Assembly: GCA_043228905.1 (NCBI GenBank)
Contig: JBHGNT010000006.1
Span: forward strand, 15,252,001-15,316,000
DNA from: Azolla caroliniana
Taxonomy: Eukaryota; Plantae; Polypodiophyta
Direction of reading: 5' to 3'
DNA: 64,000 bases
In this document: positions 1-12,655 of the stretch, piece after piece
Numbering within the stretch: position 1 is the first letter of the stretch
Layout: each line of letters opens with the position of its first letter
Translations under genes and position numbers: made by a program
Notes under the pieces: generated by a model
What the model was told of the DNA's origin: nothing
The model's input: only the letters and a program-made list of their open reading frames with translations
Databases searched by the model: none

Positions 1-300
1 GGTTCTTGCCGTATGGTGTAGAATAGGCCGACCATCTCTCGTTGATCCACCTCCTTGTTGAAGAACTGTAAAAATCTGGTTTTTAAGTCTTCAAACGTTG
101 TGATGGTGCCAGGAGTGTGCGTTAAGCGCCATTGCGCGGCTGGTTGTTCCAAGGTCATGCCGAACTCTGCCATCTTCGAGTGTTCTGCTTTGGCGGCGGT
201 CAAGTGTTGCGACACATGGTTTGCTTCCCATGTTTGCAGAAATGCATAGACATGAGCTTCTACGTCCAGATCATCCTAGTACTTGGGATATTGGAATGAC
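1..300 (-). pseudogene. gag: Retrotransposon gag capsid fragment of element X
   Basis: Manual minus-strand translation gives FQYPKY*DDLDVEAHVYAFLQTWEAN...AAQWRLTHTPGTITTFEDLKTRFLQFF...LFYTIRQE, a Retrotrans_gag-like pattern with one stop. Confidence 0.7.
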
Positions 301-1329
301 ATGTCGTCATCCAGTGTCGGAGGTCTCCCCTACGCTTCTTTCGATGTCAGAGGTCTTTCCTCCTCTTCTTGCGGTGTCTCATGTGGCGCTGTCGGAAGTT
401 GATCTGCCACTTGCCTGTCTGGGGCTTCTAGTTCCGTTAACTCTTCTTGTGTCGGCAAGGTATCCGACTGCTCTTCCTCTGGTTCGTTTGGGGTATCGTG
501 GCTGCTACGGTAATTCGAATGGGTGCTGCATTTGCCGTTTGAATTGGATTCGAAGGCCGAGAACGGTTCCGAATCGCCGCCCGTGTCTATAGAATGGATT
601 CCGCATCCTGGAGACTACTCAAACTGCTTCCTTCGTCCGGTTGGGAATTCTACTGCCCACAGAGTGACTCCATGGCCACTCGCCGGATTACCTTGGAAAA
701 TGAATGATCCGCACGGATCTCTTTTGCCGCATGTTGGAAAGCCTCTCGTTTCCGCAATCATTCGGCAAGTCTTCTTGCTCGCTCCGTAACCGGGTCATTT
801 GTTGGTCTAGTCATCCATGCCCGCTGTTGTTCACTGCATTTGTGCAGGAATCGTGGTCGCCAAAAACTGTGTTATCGCTAGGGCCGAACAATGGCCTAAC
901 ACAGGGTGTCCCCTTGAGACACTTCACCAAAGGGGTGTTGCGGTGAGATAAAGTTAGACCGACTATTAATGGAACCCTAATCGGTTACTAAGCGGCAAGA
1001 TCATTAGTCACAATACACGTGTAGGATAAATTACACTTAGCATAGAATGGTAATTAACAATGATTAAGATACAGAACAACAACACTCTATTAATTATCCG
1101 CTCCTGATTACAATTTAACCATGCCCTTTTATAGGTCTCCGGCTCTTGGTACAAACCGGTGCCAACTGGCAACCATCTACAAACCGGTTCGGATCCGGAT
1201 CGGCATACCGATTCCGCGTCCGTCCGTTCGCTTCTCAAATCATAATAATTATATATATATATAATCAGCTCCTGGTTATTAATTATCCCCCGTTTCCCAT
1301 TTTGGACTTCCCTTGCCGGCCGGCTAACA
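1..1329 (-). mobile_element. Ty3/Gypsy element X, 5' portion (5' LTR 868-1329, PBS, degenerate gag); continues beyond the window start; inserted into Copia A'
   Basis: On the minus strand the LTR runs TGTTAGCC...GATAACACA, followed by GTTTT and a PBS TGGCGACCACG (resembles a tRNA-Arg 3' end). It cuts the Copia reading frame right after 'DEGEPESF'. Confidence 0.8.
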
Positions 1330-4300
1330 CAAAGCTTTCCGGCTCCCCCTCATCAATCAACAATACGTGCTCTGCATCTGGAAATCTCCATGGGGCTCTT
1401 CTCTCTCGGAGAGGATATCTCTGTCCTTGGTTTCTGACTACCGGTCCGTTCGTTTGTTCCTCATTCGAGTACGATTCAGGATCTTGTCCGGTTCCAGTGT
1501 CTTCTTCTTCTTCGGTCGGTTCAGTTTCTTGTCCGTATCTGGCCGGTTCGTCGAGTGTCATCCGATTGCTGGCCAACATCCGGTTTTCAACCAGGTAGGT
1601 CCTTGTGTCCTCAAACCGGTTTTCATTGGATGATCCGGAGTTCATCATCTTCTTCTCCGACTCTGAGTCGACAATGGTTCTGTCTTCCATGAAGACTATG
1701 TCCTGACACCGGAACACCTTCTTGTCGACCAGATCCCACACTCGGTAACCGAACTCATCATCGCCGTATCCAAGGAATATGCATTTCCTGGACTTTGGAT
1801 CTAGCTTTGCTCTCTTGTACTTTGCAACATGCACAGATGCAAGACACCCGAACACCTTCAGATGCCGGTAAGACACGTCTTTATCAGTCCATACTCTCTG
1901 TGGTGTGTCTTTGTCCAAGGGTACTGAGGGTGATCTATTTATCATGTAAGTCGCCGTCATCAGCACCTCAGCCTAAAATGTCTTGGGTAACTTGGCATGT
2001 GCAAGCATGCTCCAGACTCTCTCCATTATGGTCCGGTTCATCCTTTCGGCCAACCCATTTAGTTCCGGCGTCTTCGGCACGGTAAATTCGAGCCGGATTC
2101 CCTTCGACCGGCAGTACTCCTCGAACTGACCATGGTAGTCTCCTTCGTTGTCTGCTCGAACCACCTTCAACTTCGGGCCAGTTTTTCTTTCCACTCTCGC
2201 ATGGAGATCCTTGAAGACGGATAACACTTGATCCTTCGTCTTTAGTGGTGAGACCCACACCTTCCGGTTGTGGTCATATATGAACGTCACGAAGTACTGC
2301 AATCCGGCGTGTGACTTCGTGTCTACTTGACACACATCGGTATGCACCAGCTCTAGTGGTGCATTCCGTCTCATCGGTGGTCTTGACCGGAAGGAGGTTC
2401 AGTTTTACTTGCCAGTTACGCAATCAGTGCATTTTTCAAGATGCACGTCTTTCACCTCTGGAATTAGGCTATCTTCGGCAAGTCTTCTCATCCCCGTCTG
2501 GCTCATATGACATAGTCTCTTGTGCCACAACTCATCGACAATGTCAGATGCTAGGTTCACTTCTTCCCGGCATATCTGGGCATGCATTAGATATAGCGTG
2601 TTGATCTTCTAGGCTCGAGCCACAATCAGGCTTCCTTTGCTGAATTTCATGACTCCATTCCGGATGCTACCTGTGTAGCCTTCATCATCTAGCCGATAGG
2701 TTGATATTAGGTTCAGTCGAACCTCCGGAACGTGTCGGACATCCTTCAGCAACAACTTGCATCCGGTTGAAGTCGTCAACAACACATCTCCTATGCCGGC
2801 AATTCAGCATGTACCTTCATTCCCCATCCGGACACAACCATGACCTCCGGTTGTGTAGGATGAGCATCAGTTCATTCCGGTCCGGTGTCAGGTGGAACGA
2901 CGCTCTAGAATCAACTACCCACGTTGTCTCGTCGCCGACAAGGTTGAACTCATTCTCCTCGGTAATGAGCATTAGTTCTTCTTCTCTTGTCGCGATTGCC
3001 GACGTTCCCTTCCGATCCGACCGTTTCCGGTCCGAACCGTTCTTCGAATCGACACCGTCGGTTCCTTTCTCTTTCCGGAAGTGTCGACAGTTTTTCTAGA
3101 AGTGCCCAAGCTTTCCGCAATAAAAGCAAGTAAGCCTCCCCCTTGACTTTGACCGTGTCCCTGACTTTTCCCGGGTATGGGGTGTCTGGTTCCGTTGTCT
3201 TCCTCTATGTGCTTCCGATTGAGTAAGGAGGGTTTTAGAGTCAGAGATCACTTCTTTGTCTTTCTGGTGCGCCTCTTCATCTAGCAAGCTTGACTTGACT
3301 CTTGCTAGGGACAACTGTTTTCCTTCTAGCCCGGCATTGCCCAACGTGACAACTAGCATTTCCCAACTATCCAGGAGGGAAGTGAGCAGGAGTAATGCGA
3401 GTACCTCATCGGCGAGAGGTACTTCCAATGAGGTTGCTTGGTTTATTAGTCCCTGGAAGGCATTCATGTGCTCCGCCATACTGGAGCCTTCTTGGTACTG
3501 AAGCCTCACTAACTTGCGGAATACCAAAACCCGATTAACAACATTTTTGTTTTGGAACATGATGTCGATCTTCTCCTAGAGTTCATAAGCCTTACTTTCT
3601 TCATTGAAGATGTTGTACATGCTCATGTTGATGAAGCACCGGATGTATGTCGTCGTCTTCATGTGCATCACCTCCCACATTGTGGCGTCGATCTTATCTG
3701 GTCTCTTGTCCTTGAATTGAACCAACAACCAAATATCTTTAACCACCAACATATCCCTCATCTTCGACTTCCACACTGAATAGTTGGAGCCGGTGAGCTT
3801 GAACATGCCACCGAACGATTCTTCCATTTCCTATGTTGTTTCCTCTGATACCAGATTGTAGTGAATAATGCGGAATATTGCTCGGCCATGACCGAGTCTT
3901 GAATCACTTCAATGAGAATCAAACATAGAAATGGGGCTGGAGATTAGTACACGTACACACACGAACAATAGAGAGTACACAGGATGTTTACGTGGAAAAC
4001 CCTAATAGGGAAAAACCACGAGGGCCCACAGACTCCAAACTATCACTATATAAGAAAGGTACAATCAGAGACTCGGAGGCAACGACCTCGAGCTCTGTAT
4101 CTTCGCCAGGCGGTGGTTACAACAGAGTATCGCTTTGTATCTCTCTCTCTCTCTCTCTATACAATAGTTATGCACATACAACAATATGACAACACACACT
4201 TTTGTGATTGCCCTAGGTCATATTTATACTCATATGAACTTAGGGCTATTTACAAATATAGCCTCAATAGGCTTACTCAAAAACATATTCACAAATATGT

Positions 4301-4416
4301 CTTCTCTTCCGGTTCTCACCAAGTCCATCCAATCCGGTTTTCGGATCTCTTCCGGCTCTCACCGGGTTCTCTTCATTAATAACCGGATCTCATCCGGAGG
4401 GACCAAATTCCCAACA
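1330..4416 (-). mobile_element. Degenerate Ty1/Copia element A' (5' LTR 3857-4416, PBS 3842-3853, gag-protease-integrase), same family as 49948-55466
   Basis: The LTR begins TGTTGGGAATTTGGTCCCTCCGGATG like the LTR at 49948 and has a tRNA-iMet PBS. ORF fragments MEESFGGMFKLTGSNY, CFYCGKLGHF, LWHKRLCHMS, ELVHTDVC and PELNGLAERMNRT are broken by stops. Confidence 0.9.
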
Positions 4417-7163
4417 CTTCTAACTACTATAGCACTTTCTCATAGTCGGCTTCATATGGTCGGCTACAAACTTTCGATATCCCCGATCATCCCTATTCTC
4501 ATCCTTTTCTTCCATTGCACATCCTTTCATCGGAATGTGATCTAGAAACGACATTGTTATCTCCAGAATGTAGTGTCGGAACACCTTGTTCATTGCATTC
4601 ATCATATGTGCGACCAAGTTTGTCGCTCCTTGTGGTAGTGTGCACATCCGGACTAATCCTATAGGTGTCCGCATTGTAGTGATATCTCGACTCTCCACGG
4701 CTAGTTGGAATTGGTCATACCCGACTGGAGTATAGGTCTCTGATGGAGTATATCGTGCGTCCGACGAACGCTTCCACAAATTCATCCACTATCGGACCAA
4801 CACCGGAGTTCCGGATAATAACCTTGTTCACCGGTTGCAAATCTTGAATGAACCGGAGTGGCCCATGCTTCTTCGGAACCTTAAACCATCGATTTGAGTA
4901 GGGAGCATTTGATGGCTCTAGAATACCCATCACCACCTTCTCCTTGAGCAAGTCAATGATTTTCAGAATATGCACCTGTGGCACCGGAATCGGCTTCATA
5001 TGGTCGGCTACGAACTTTCGATATCCCCGATTATCCACTATCGGACGCTTCCGCAAATTCATCCACTATCGGACCGACTCCGGAGTTCCAGATAGTAACC
5101 TTGTTCAACAGTTGCAAATTTTGAATGAACCGGAGTGACCCATTCTTCTTCGGAACCGTAAACCATTGATTTGAGTACGGAGCATTTGATGTCTCTAGAA
5201 TACCCATCGCCACCTTCTCCTTGAGCAAGTCCATGATTTTCGGAATATGCCCCCGTGGCACCGGAATCGGCTTCAGGTTCCACGACACATGATCAATCGT
5301 GAAGATCACCATCGGCTCCACTATCCTTGGATCAACAAACCATATCTCTTTTGATGTGAATTGCAAATGCTTTTCCATGTTGCTACAACATCTCACGAAA
5401 TTGTTCTTCTTCATTCAGTAAGAAGAACCCATCTCCGCCAATCTAGAGTTTCCTCTGGGTCTCATTCGTGAAGATATGTCTGATATCCACAGACTTTCAA
5501 AGTGTGGGATCTCCCGAGACTTCTTTCCTCTTTTGTTCACTACTGGTGGGTAATGGTCCCGCAGACGGTTTCACCTTCTTTTCCACGGTCTTGTATTTCG
5601 TACACACCATTGCATCTTCTTTGTGGAGCACATCTAGCCCCATTTCCGCAATGATCTCGTACATCTCGGCCGATTCCACTGGGATTACCCGATCTTCTTG
5701 GCTATTCTCTTCCGCAAGATCTTCAAGTCGTTGTAGTGTGCTTCCATAGAACACTTCTTCGACTACTCCCATGATTTCGTCGTCCTCTTTTATGATTGAT
5801 GTAGACCGTAGCTCATCCTGCATCTTCTGGAGTTCTTTCTTTATTTCTCTGGTCATGGCCATATACGTAGATGCCCCATCCGGAATGATTCACACTTGTT
5901 TTGCTCTGAGAGTTTTCTTCCTATGTGGGGTATCGGGGTTTCTCAGACTATCACTTCCCCACTCCTCAACAATCCATTTTAAAATTCCGTTTTTGTTTGG
6001 TACAAGAGCTCTCTCTTGTTCCTTTCGTGATTCGATGGAACCATGCAAAAGTTGCTCCGCTATCAAGCATCTTTGTTTCCATCCATGAAGCTGTGATAAA
6101 GGGTTTCCCGAGGATCACAGAATATGAGACCTCATCTTGCACGAAGAAATTTTGGTCAATCTCCACATCCTCTGATCTTCACTATCACATTTAGACAAAC
6201 CGCAAATAAGTCTTCCATTGTTTTAGTGGCTGCCCGAATTTTCCATCCATGATTGGTGTTTATTGGCCACTTCCCCTTCCGGTAGAACTCCTTGGACATT
6301 AGGTTTATCTCCGATCCATGATCAATCAACGGAACTACGGGCTCTTTGATGTTTCCAATCCGGACCAAAGTCTTCGTAGATGCTCGTGCTCAATGTGGCT
6401 TTGTGTAACGGGAGGTCGAAATCTCATCCTCTGCTTTTGTGTCATTCATTAGAACGGTATTCGAATTCACCCTTGGAGCATTTGATTCTTCATAGCTTGC
6501 CTCTTTCTCTTCACGAGATCCACGAGGAGATCATGGAACTCTTTTGTTGAGAGATCAAGCTCAACTAGAGTTAGTTATTTAGTTAACCATGTAACTTCGT
6601 AGTTACCTAGATAGAATCTAGTTAGAAGTGTTGACTATAATGCCTTAAATAGGACCTTGTACTTAAGTGGGATATTCTAGATCCTCCACTCCTAAGTACA
6701 TTTAATATAGGACTTACACTTTTGTACCTGTATTATCCTCACACATGTACACACCCTTGCACATGAAATCTATATATACCTCATTGTAGGTATTTTTGTA
6801 TTTGATGATGATGATGATAATGCTAATTTAATATAGTTACTCATCCCCCATCTTGTGTTGTTCATAAGTGTATCTTCCTCTCTCTCTTCCTCTCACACAC
6901 ATACACACACATCACTTAATATTCCGCTTATCAACTAATCACATAACTAGGTACTAATTAATCCTTGCTTAATTACCTACCTAATTCTTAACATGGTATT
7001 AGAGCATGTGGTTTAGCACATCCACTAAGCCCATCTGCCTCTTCATAATTGTGTGTTCGAAACGCCGACGACAAATTCTAGCTATCCGTTACCGTAGTGC
7101 TGCTACGTAGCACGTATACGGGATCAAGGAAGAAAAACAAAAGAAGAGAAGACACCAATCAAC

Positions 7164-9890
7164 ATGAACATACAAATGGGTAGCTCGCTCCCTAGTGAAA
7201 AGCTAGAGTGGAGCAATTATTCATCTTGGGAGTACAAGATGACCCAATACCTCGTCGGCCAAGGGTATTGGAACTACATCAACGACGCTAAAGAAAATCG
7301 ACCCGACCCAAAGAACGCCGACTACACAACATGGGAGAAAGCGGCAAGTCGAGTCATGTATTGCTTGGCAACATGTGTCCATGACCACATGCTTAGCCAC
7401 ATTCGAGACGCCAAGATGCCCAAAGAGGTGTGGGAGAACTTAAAGAAAATGTTCGCCGCCAACACGACCGCCCGAAAGCTTCAACTCCGACAAGAGTTGA
7501 ACAACATTCGGCAAAAAGACATGTCTGTGTCGGACTACACTACCAAGATCAAGAGCATTTGCGACTCTCTTGGCTCCATCAAAATAAATGTCGACGAAGA
7601 CGAGATGGTTCAAGTATGCTTAGGCGGCCTCACACAACGATTTGACTCATTGAGGACGGAAATCTTGGCGAAAGAAAACCCTCCTTCATTCTTCGACCTC
7701 CAATCAATGCTATTGGTCGAAGAGAACCACGTCCGAACCAAAAGCAAGACGTCGGAAGGACAAATGTTCTTCTCGAATTCAGATGATGGCCAAGGACGAG
7801 GTCGTGGAGGTAGAAGAGGTCAATTCAACCCATCACATGAAGGAAACTCAAACCTTCACGGAAGCCATTGAGGAACCTTCGGAAGAAGGGGGAGCTTCCA
7901 TGCCGAACATGGTCGGCAAACGAGGCCCGCAACTTGCAATTATTGCGGCAAAATCGGCCACTATGAGGCAGAATGTCGGAAAAAGAGAAGTGAGTCGGCT
8001 TCAACAAGTCGACAACTCACGAATTATGCCGCGAACTCCGAATACAATGACTACGATAGACTATTCGTAATGAGGCATAGAGCAAACTCTATGTCCGCCT
8101 CCGACTCCACAAGCACCTCCAATTCGGAAGACGTGTGGTTCGTCGATTCCGGAGCCTCACATCACATGACATCCCACAAAGAGTGGTTCAATGAATTGCG
8201 TACACCGGATCGACCCAGTTTCATAGAGATGGGAGACGACACCACACATCCCATTCGGCACATCGGCAATGTCCCATTCGGGAAAGAAGGCGAGCAAACT
8301 TGCATCAAGAATGTCTTCCACGTGCCCACAATAACAAAGAATTTGGTCTCGGTTGGCCAAATCATGGAGCAAGGCATGCAAGTCCACTTCAACAACGAAG
8401 GTTGTTTCATCGTGAAAGATGGCTGACTCATAGTCAAGGGACGGAGAGACGGTCACATGTTCATCCTCGATTCGAACGAGGTGAAATCGGCCATGTATGC
8501 CAAAGGTCGCAAAATCAAAACAAGCATCGAGTTGTGGCACAAGAGAATCGGCCACACAAACCTCCAACGGCTCCGAGCTATGCAATCAAAGGGAGTCGTC
8601 ATCGGACTTCCGACATTCGCATCGAAATGAGTCGACTGAGTATGCGAAGTGTGTCAACTCGACAAACAACATCGACTCCCATTCCCGAAGGAGAGCCATG
8701 CGAGCAAAGGACTCCTCGACATCATACACTCGGATGTATGGGGACCGGCTCAAACGCTGACGATTGGTGGATGCCGATTCTACGTCACCTTCATCAACGA
8801 CTAGTCGCGCTATGCATGGATCTTCCTGATGAAGAAGAAGAGAGAAGTGTTCTCCCACTTCCAAAAGCTTAAAGGCCAAGTGGAGAAAGAAACCGGTCGG
8901 CACATTAGATGCCTAGGATCGGATGGAGGCAAGGATTACTTCTCCGATGAATTCACCTCCTACCTCCAAAGTGAAGGCATTCAGAGGGAATTCTCATGCC
9001 GACACACACCCCAAAAAAATGGAGTCGCCGAAAGGAAGAATCGGCAAATACTCGAGGTAGCACGCGCCATGATGCATGAGAAGCACATGCCGAACTTCTA
9101 TTGGGCTGAAGCAGCATCCATGGCCGTCTATCTCATGAACCGGTGCACCACTAATGGAGTGCATGAGCTAACTCCATACGAGCTCTTCGTTGGAAGGAAG
9201 CCGATCCTATCACACCTCAAGGTGTTCGGAAGCATTGCGAATATACGCATCCCGAGCGAACAATGACAAAAGCCCGACGTGAAGTTGGAGGAATGTATCA
9301 TGATAGGATAATCGTCCGAGAAGAAGGCATACAAGTGCTACAACCCTTCTACCTGAGCGGTTCGGGTAAGTCGAGACGTAGTCTTCGACGAGTCTGCATC
9401 CTAGTATGCACCAGAGACAACTTCGACTCCGACTCCGCTCGACCCGGAATCTGCCGAACAAGAGGTAGAAGATGGAGATTGCTTCGAACACATGTTCCAA
9501 GAAAGTCTGATTACGACAAAGCCTAGTGGGTCACAAGAGCCCCCACGTGACCCAAGCACGTCATGACCAAGAACGAACTTGGACAAAGGCAAAGGTAAGA
9601 TGCCCGAATACGAAGTCGATCACCCCGATGACAATGATTTGGATGTGTCGGCTCCCTCACTAGACAGTGAATTTGGTGTACCCATCATGCAGACACCTGG
9701 AGTAAAGAAGGCGCTCACATTGGCGAGCGAAAAACTTTGACGCTCTTCTAGAGAGAAGAATCCCGTTACTTGACTCAGCTACAACAAGTACATGTCCCAT
9801 CACTATGCCTTCGCAATGAAAGTCGCGGCCGAACAAGAGCTCAAGAGCTCCACCAAAGCGGCTTGTAACCCACGATGGGTAGAAGTAGTC
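7164..9890 (+). pseudogene. gag-pol: gag-protease-integrase of element C (frameshifted, with stops)
   Basis: ORFs 7164-7871 (EKLEWSNYSSW..., homologous to 59667-60842), 8070-8426 (VDSGASHHMT) and 8829-9266 (PQKNGVAERKNR). Confidence 0.88.
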
Positions 9891-10102
9891 GACCTTTGTC
9901 CACACACTACAAGCCTTTGTCACCGGCTTGAGGGGGAGGACCCGAGATTGCCATGACGAAGAAAGTAGAAGGCCGGACGGAAGCCGCACAGAAGTCGACA
10001 TCGAAAGCCAGACAACACCGAAAGCCAAAGAGGATGTCAGACGCCTTGAACTTGAGCTTGAGGGGGCATGTTGAGAGATCAAGCTCAACTAGACTTAGTT
10101 AT

Positions 10103-11432
10103 TGTTAGGAAACAGGTCCCTCCGGATGGGAAGTGAGAAGAACAGTGTTGGCTGTTATGAGCAACTCGGCCGAGGCTGCAGAAGACGGTTGCGTTGTCAA
10201 CCACGGAGGCGGAGTACATGGCGGCTGTGGAAGCCGGCAAGGAAATACTATGGATGAAGGACTTTATCGGAGAGCTCGGTATCTGGCAAGATGAATACCA
10301 GCTCTATTGCGATAGTCAAAGTGGCATCCACCTTGCTAAGAATGCAACGTACCATTCCAGGATGAAGCACATCTAGCGTAGGTACCACTGGATCCGGGAG
10401 CGAGTAGAAGATCGAGAGTTCGCGCTGATGAAGATCCACACGGCCGAGAACAGGTCAGACATGCTAACCAAAGTGCTGATACCCGACAAGCTGGATGCAT
10501 GTCGGAAGCGGATCAGACTAGTAAGACATCCCATGCCAGAGTGAAGGGGGAGTTTGTTAGGAAACAGGTCCCTCCGGATGGGAAGTGAGAAGAACAGTGT
10601 TGGCTGTTATGAGCAACTCGGCCGAGGCCAATAGGCTGAGGCCGAAACCGGATGTGGAGTACCCGACAACGGAAGACCCGGTGAGAACCGAATGACGAGT
10701 ACCTGGCAAGGAAGACCCGGTGAGAACCGGATGTTGCAGGCCCGGTGAGAACCTCTCACCGGATGAAGGGACATATATGTAAATATGTTCCAGAGAGCCC
10801 ATTGGGGCTATATTTTGTAAATAGCCGAAAGTCATATTAGTATAAATATGACCTAGGGCAAACTCTGTTGTGTTGTTGTTGTTTTTGTGTGTGTAACCAC
10901 TGTACAGAGAGAGGAAGAGGTTGTTGCTCTGTTGTAACCGCCTGGTGGCGAAGCGAGGGAGCAAGAGGTCGTTGCCTCTGTGCCCCATTGTTGTAATCTT
11001 GATATAGTGATATTTTGTAGTCTGAGGGCTGTCGTGGTTTTTCCCATAATTGGGTTTTCCACGTTAACCTCCAGTGCACTCTCTTCTTTATTGTTTCGTG
11101 TGTAGATACATCTCTCCACATCCCTATTTTTTGTGATTGATCCAACGTCTCGGTTGTGGCTGGGGAGCGTATTACTATCAAATTGGTAACAGAGCGAAAA
11201 CGACACAGAAAAATGGACGATTCGTTGGGAGGCATGTTCAAGCTCACTGGCTCCAACTATTTAGTGTGGAAGTCGAAGATGAGGGACATGCTCGTGGTTA
11301 AAGATCTTTGGTTGCCGGTTCAGTTTGGGGATAAGAGACTAGACAAAATCGATGCCATGATATGGGAGGTGATCCCTGTTTTCTGTGATTGATCCGACGT
11401 CTCGGTTGTGGCCGGGGAGCGTATTACTATCA
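10103..11432 (+). mobile_element. Rearranged Copia family-A derivative: LTR stub - RNase H - PPT - full LTR (10555-11180) - PBS - gag start - LTR 3' stub; TSD GTTAT
   Basis: GTTAT occurs at 10098-10102 and 11433-11437. 10103-10176 is identical to the start of the central LTR. STTEAEY/LYCDSQ RNase H motifs, PPT GAAGGGGGAG, PBS at 11184-11195 and gag MDDSLGGMFKLTGSNY follow. The last 60 bp repeat the LTR end. Confidence 0.88.
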
Positions 11433-12655
11433 GTTATTTAGTCAACCATGTAACTTCGTAGTTACCTAGATAGAATCTAGTTAGTAGTGTTGACTATAAC
11501 GCCTTAAATAGGACCTTGTACTTAAGTGGGATATTCTAGATCCTCCACTCCTAAGTACATTTAATATAGGACTTACACTTTTGTACCTGTATTATCCTCA
11601 CACATGTGCACCCTTGCACATGAAATCTATATATACCTCATTGTAGGTATTTTTGTATTTGATGATGATGATGATAATGCTAATTTAATATAGTTACTCA
11701 TCCCCCATCTTGTGTTGTTCATAAGTGTATCTTCCTCTCTCTCTTCCTCTCACACACATACGCACACATCACTTAATATTCCGCTTATCAACTAATCACA
11801 TAATTAGGTACTAATTAATCCTTACTTAATTACTTACCTAATTCTTAACATCTTTCTTTGCTGTTCTGAACAATTCACGGAGAGAAAATTCCACCTGACT
11901 ATCAAGGATTCTCTCTTCGAACACCTTCTTTAGATCCGTCTGTTGTTCGATATCTGACATGAGTTTGAATGCTGGAATCGTTTTCCTTTTTCCTTTTCCT
12001 TCAGAATTCCAGCTCTCCGGTGTCTTCGATGGTCCGGTCGCATCATCGGTGCACCATCGTTTGTCATCTACATACACCTCATGTAATTGGCATAGGGCAT
12101 AAACGCTATTCTTGTCTATGGGGCAATCCCATCCCGTAGCTTCTTGGATGCCTTCCGTAGTGCTTCAAATCTCATCAGAGTCGGGTTTTTCGGAGATTTC
12201 TAACATTTCCGATGAGAAAGACAACCTCGTTCTAGATGTTTCACCCACACATATTCCTGCGGTTGCCGCATAATTGTTTTTTTCCGCAATCTCCTCCTCT
12301 TGGACCTTCTTCATGCCGCTTTTCAGAAATTCAGCCGAAGTGGCTTCCAAGAGTCCATTGAATGGATCCGATTTCCCTCATAGTAGATGAGATCTTGTCG
12401 TAGAGCCTCCTTGTGCTATCGCAATCTTACCGATCATGTTCGGTACTATTGCACCATATGCATCGACATTCCATATACTTGGAACTTGTGGGATGGTCTT
12501 CCGACTTCGTCACCATCTCAATTTTGAGATTCTCCATCTCCTTCAACAACTGCTCCATTGTGGTTGCATCAATTCCCTTATCGGTCGTAGTCTCCCGAGC
12601 CCATGGTTGATGGTCTTCCAATCCGGCTGTTGGTCTCGGAATTGGTTCCGACACC

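Larger units (their letters stand above)
6545..11850 (+). mobile_element. Ty1/Copia element C lacking RT/RNase H (5' LTR 6545-6993; 3' LTR 10069-10102 + 11438-11850); TSD TCTTT
   Basis: Matching LTRs TGTTGAGAGATC...TTCTTAACA, PBS TGGTATTAGAGC at 6994, and TCTTT at both 6540-6544 and 11851-11855. Gag, protease (WFVDSGAS) and integrase are present, then the sequence jumps near 9890 from 'NPRWVE' to the PPT region. Confidence 0.9.

Noticed and set aside
6540-6544. Same TSD TCTTT for Copia C and Copia A
   Set aside because: Two cases of a common T-rich pentamer in unrelated hosts; compatible with chance.
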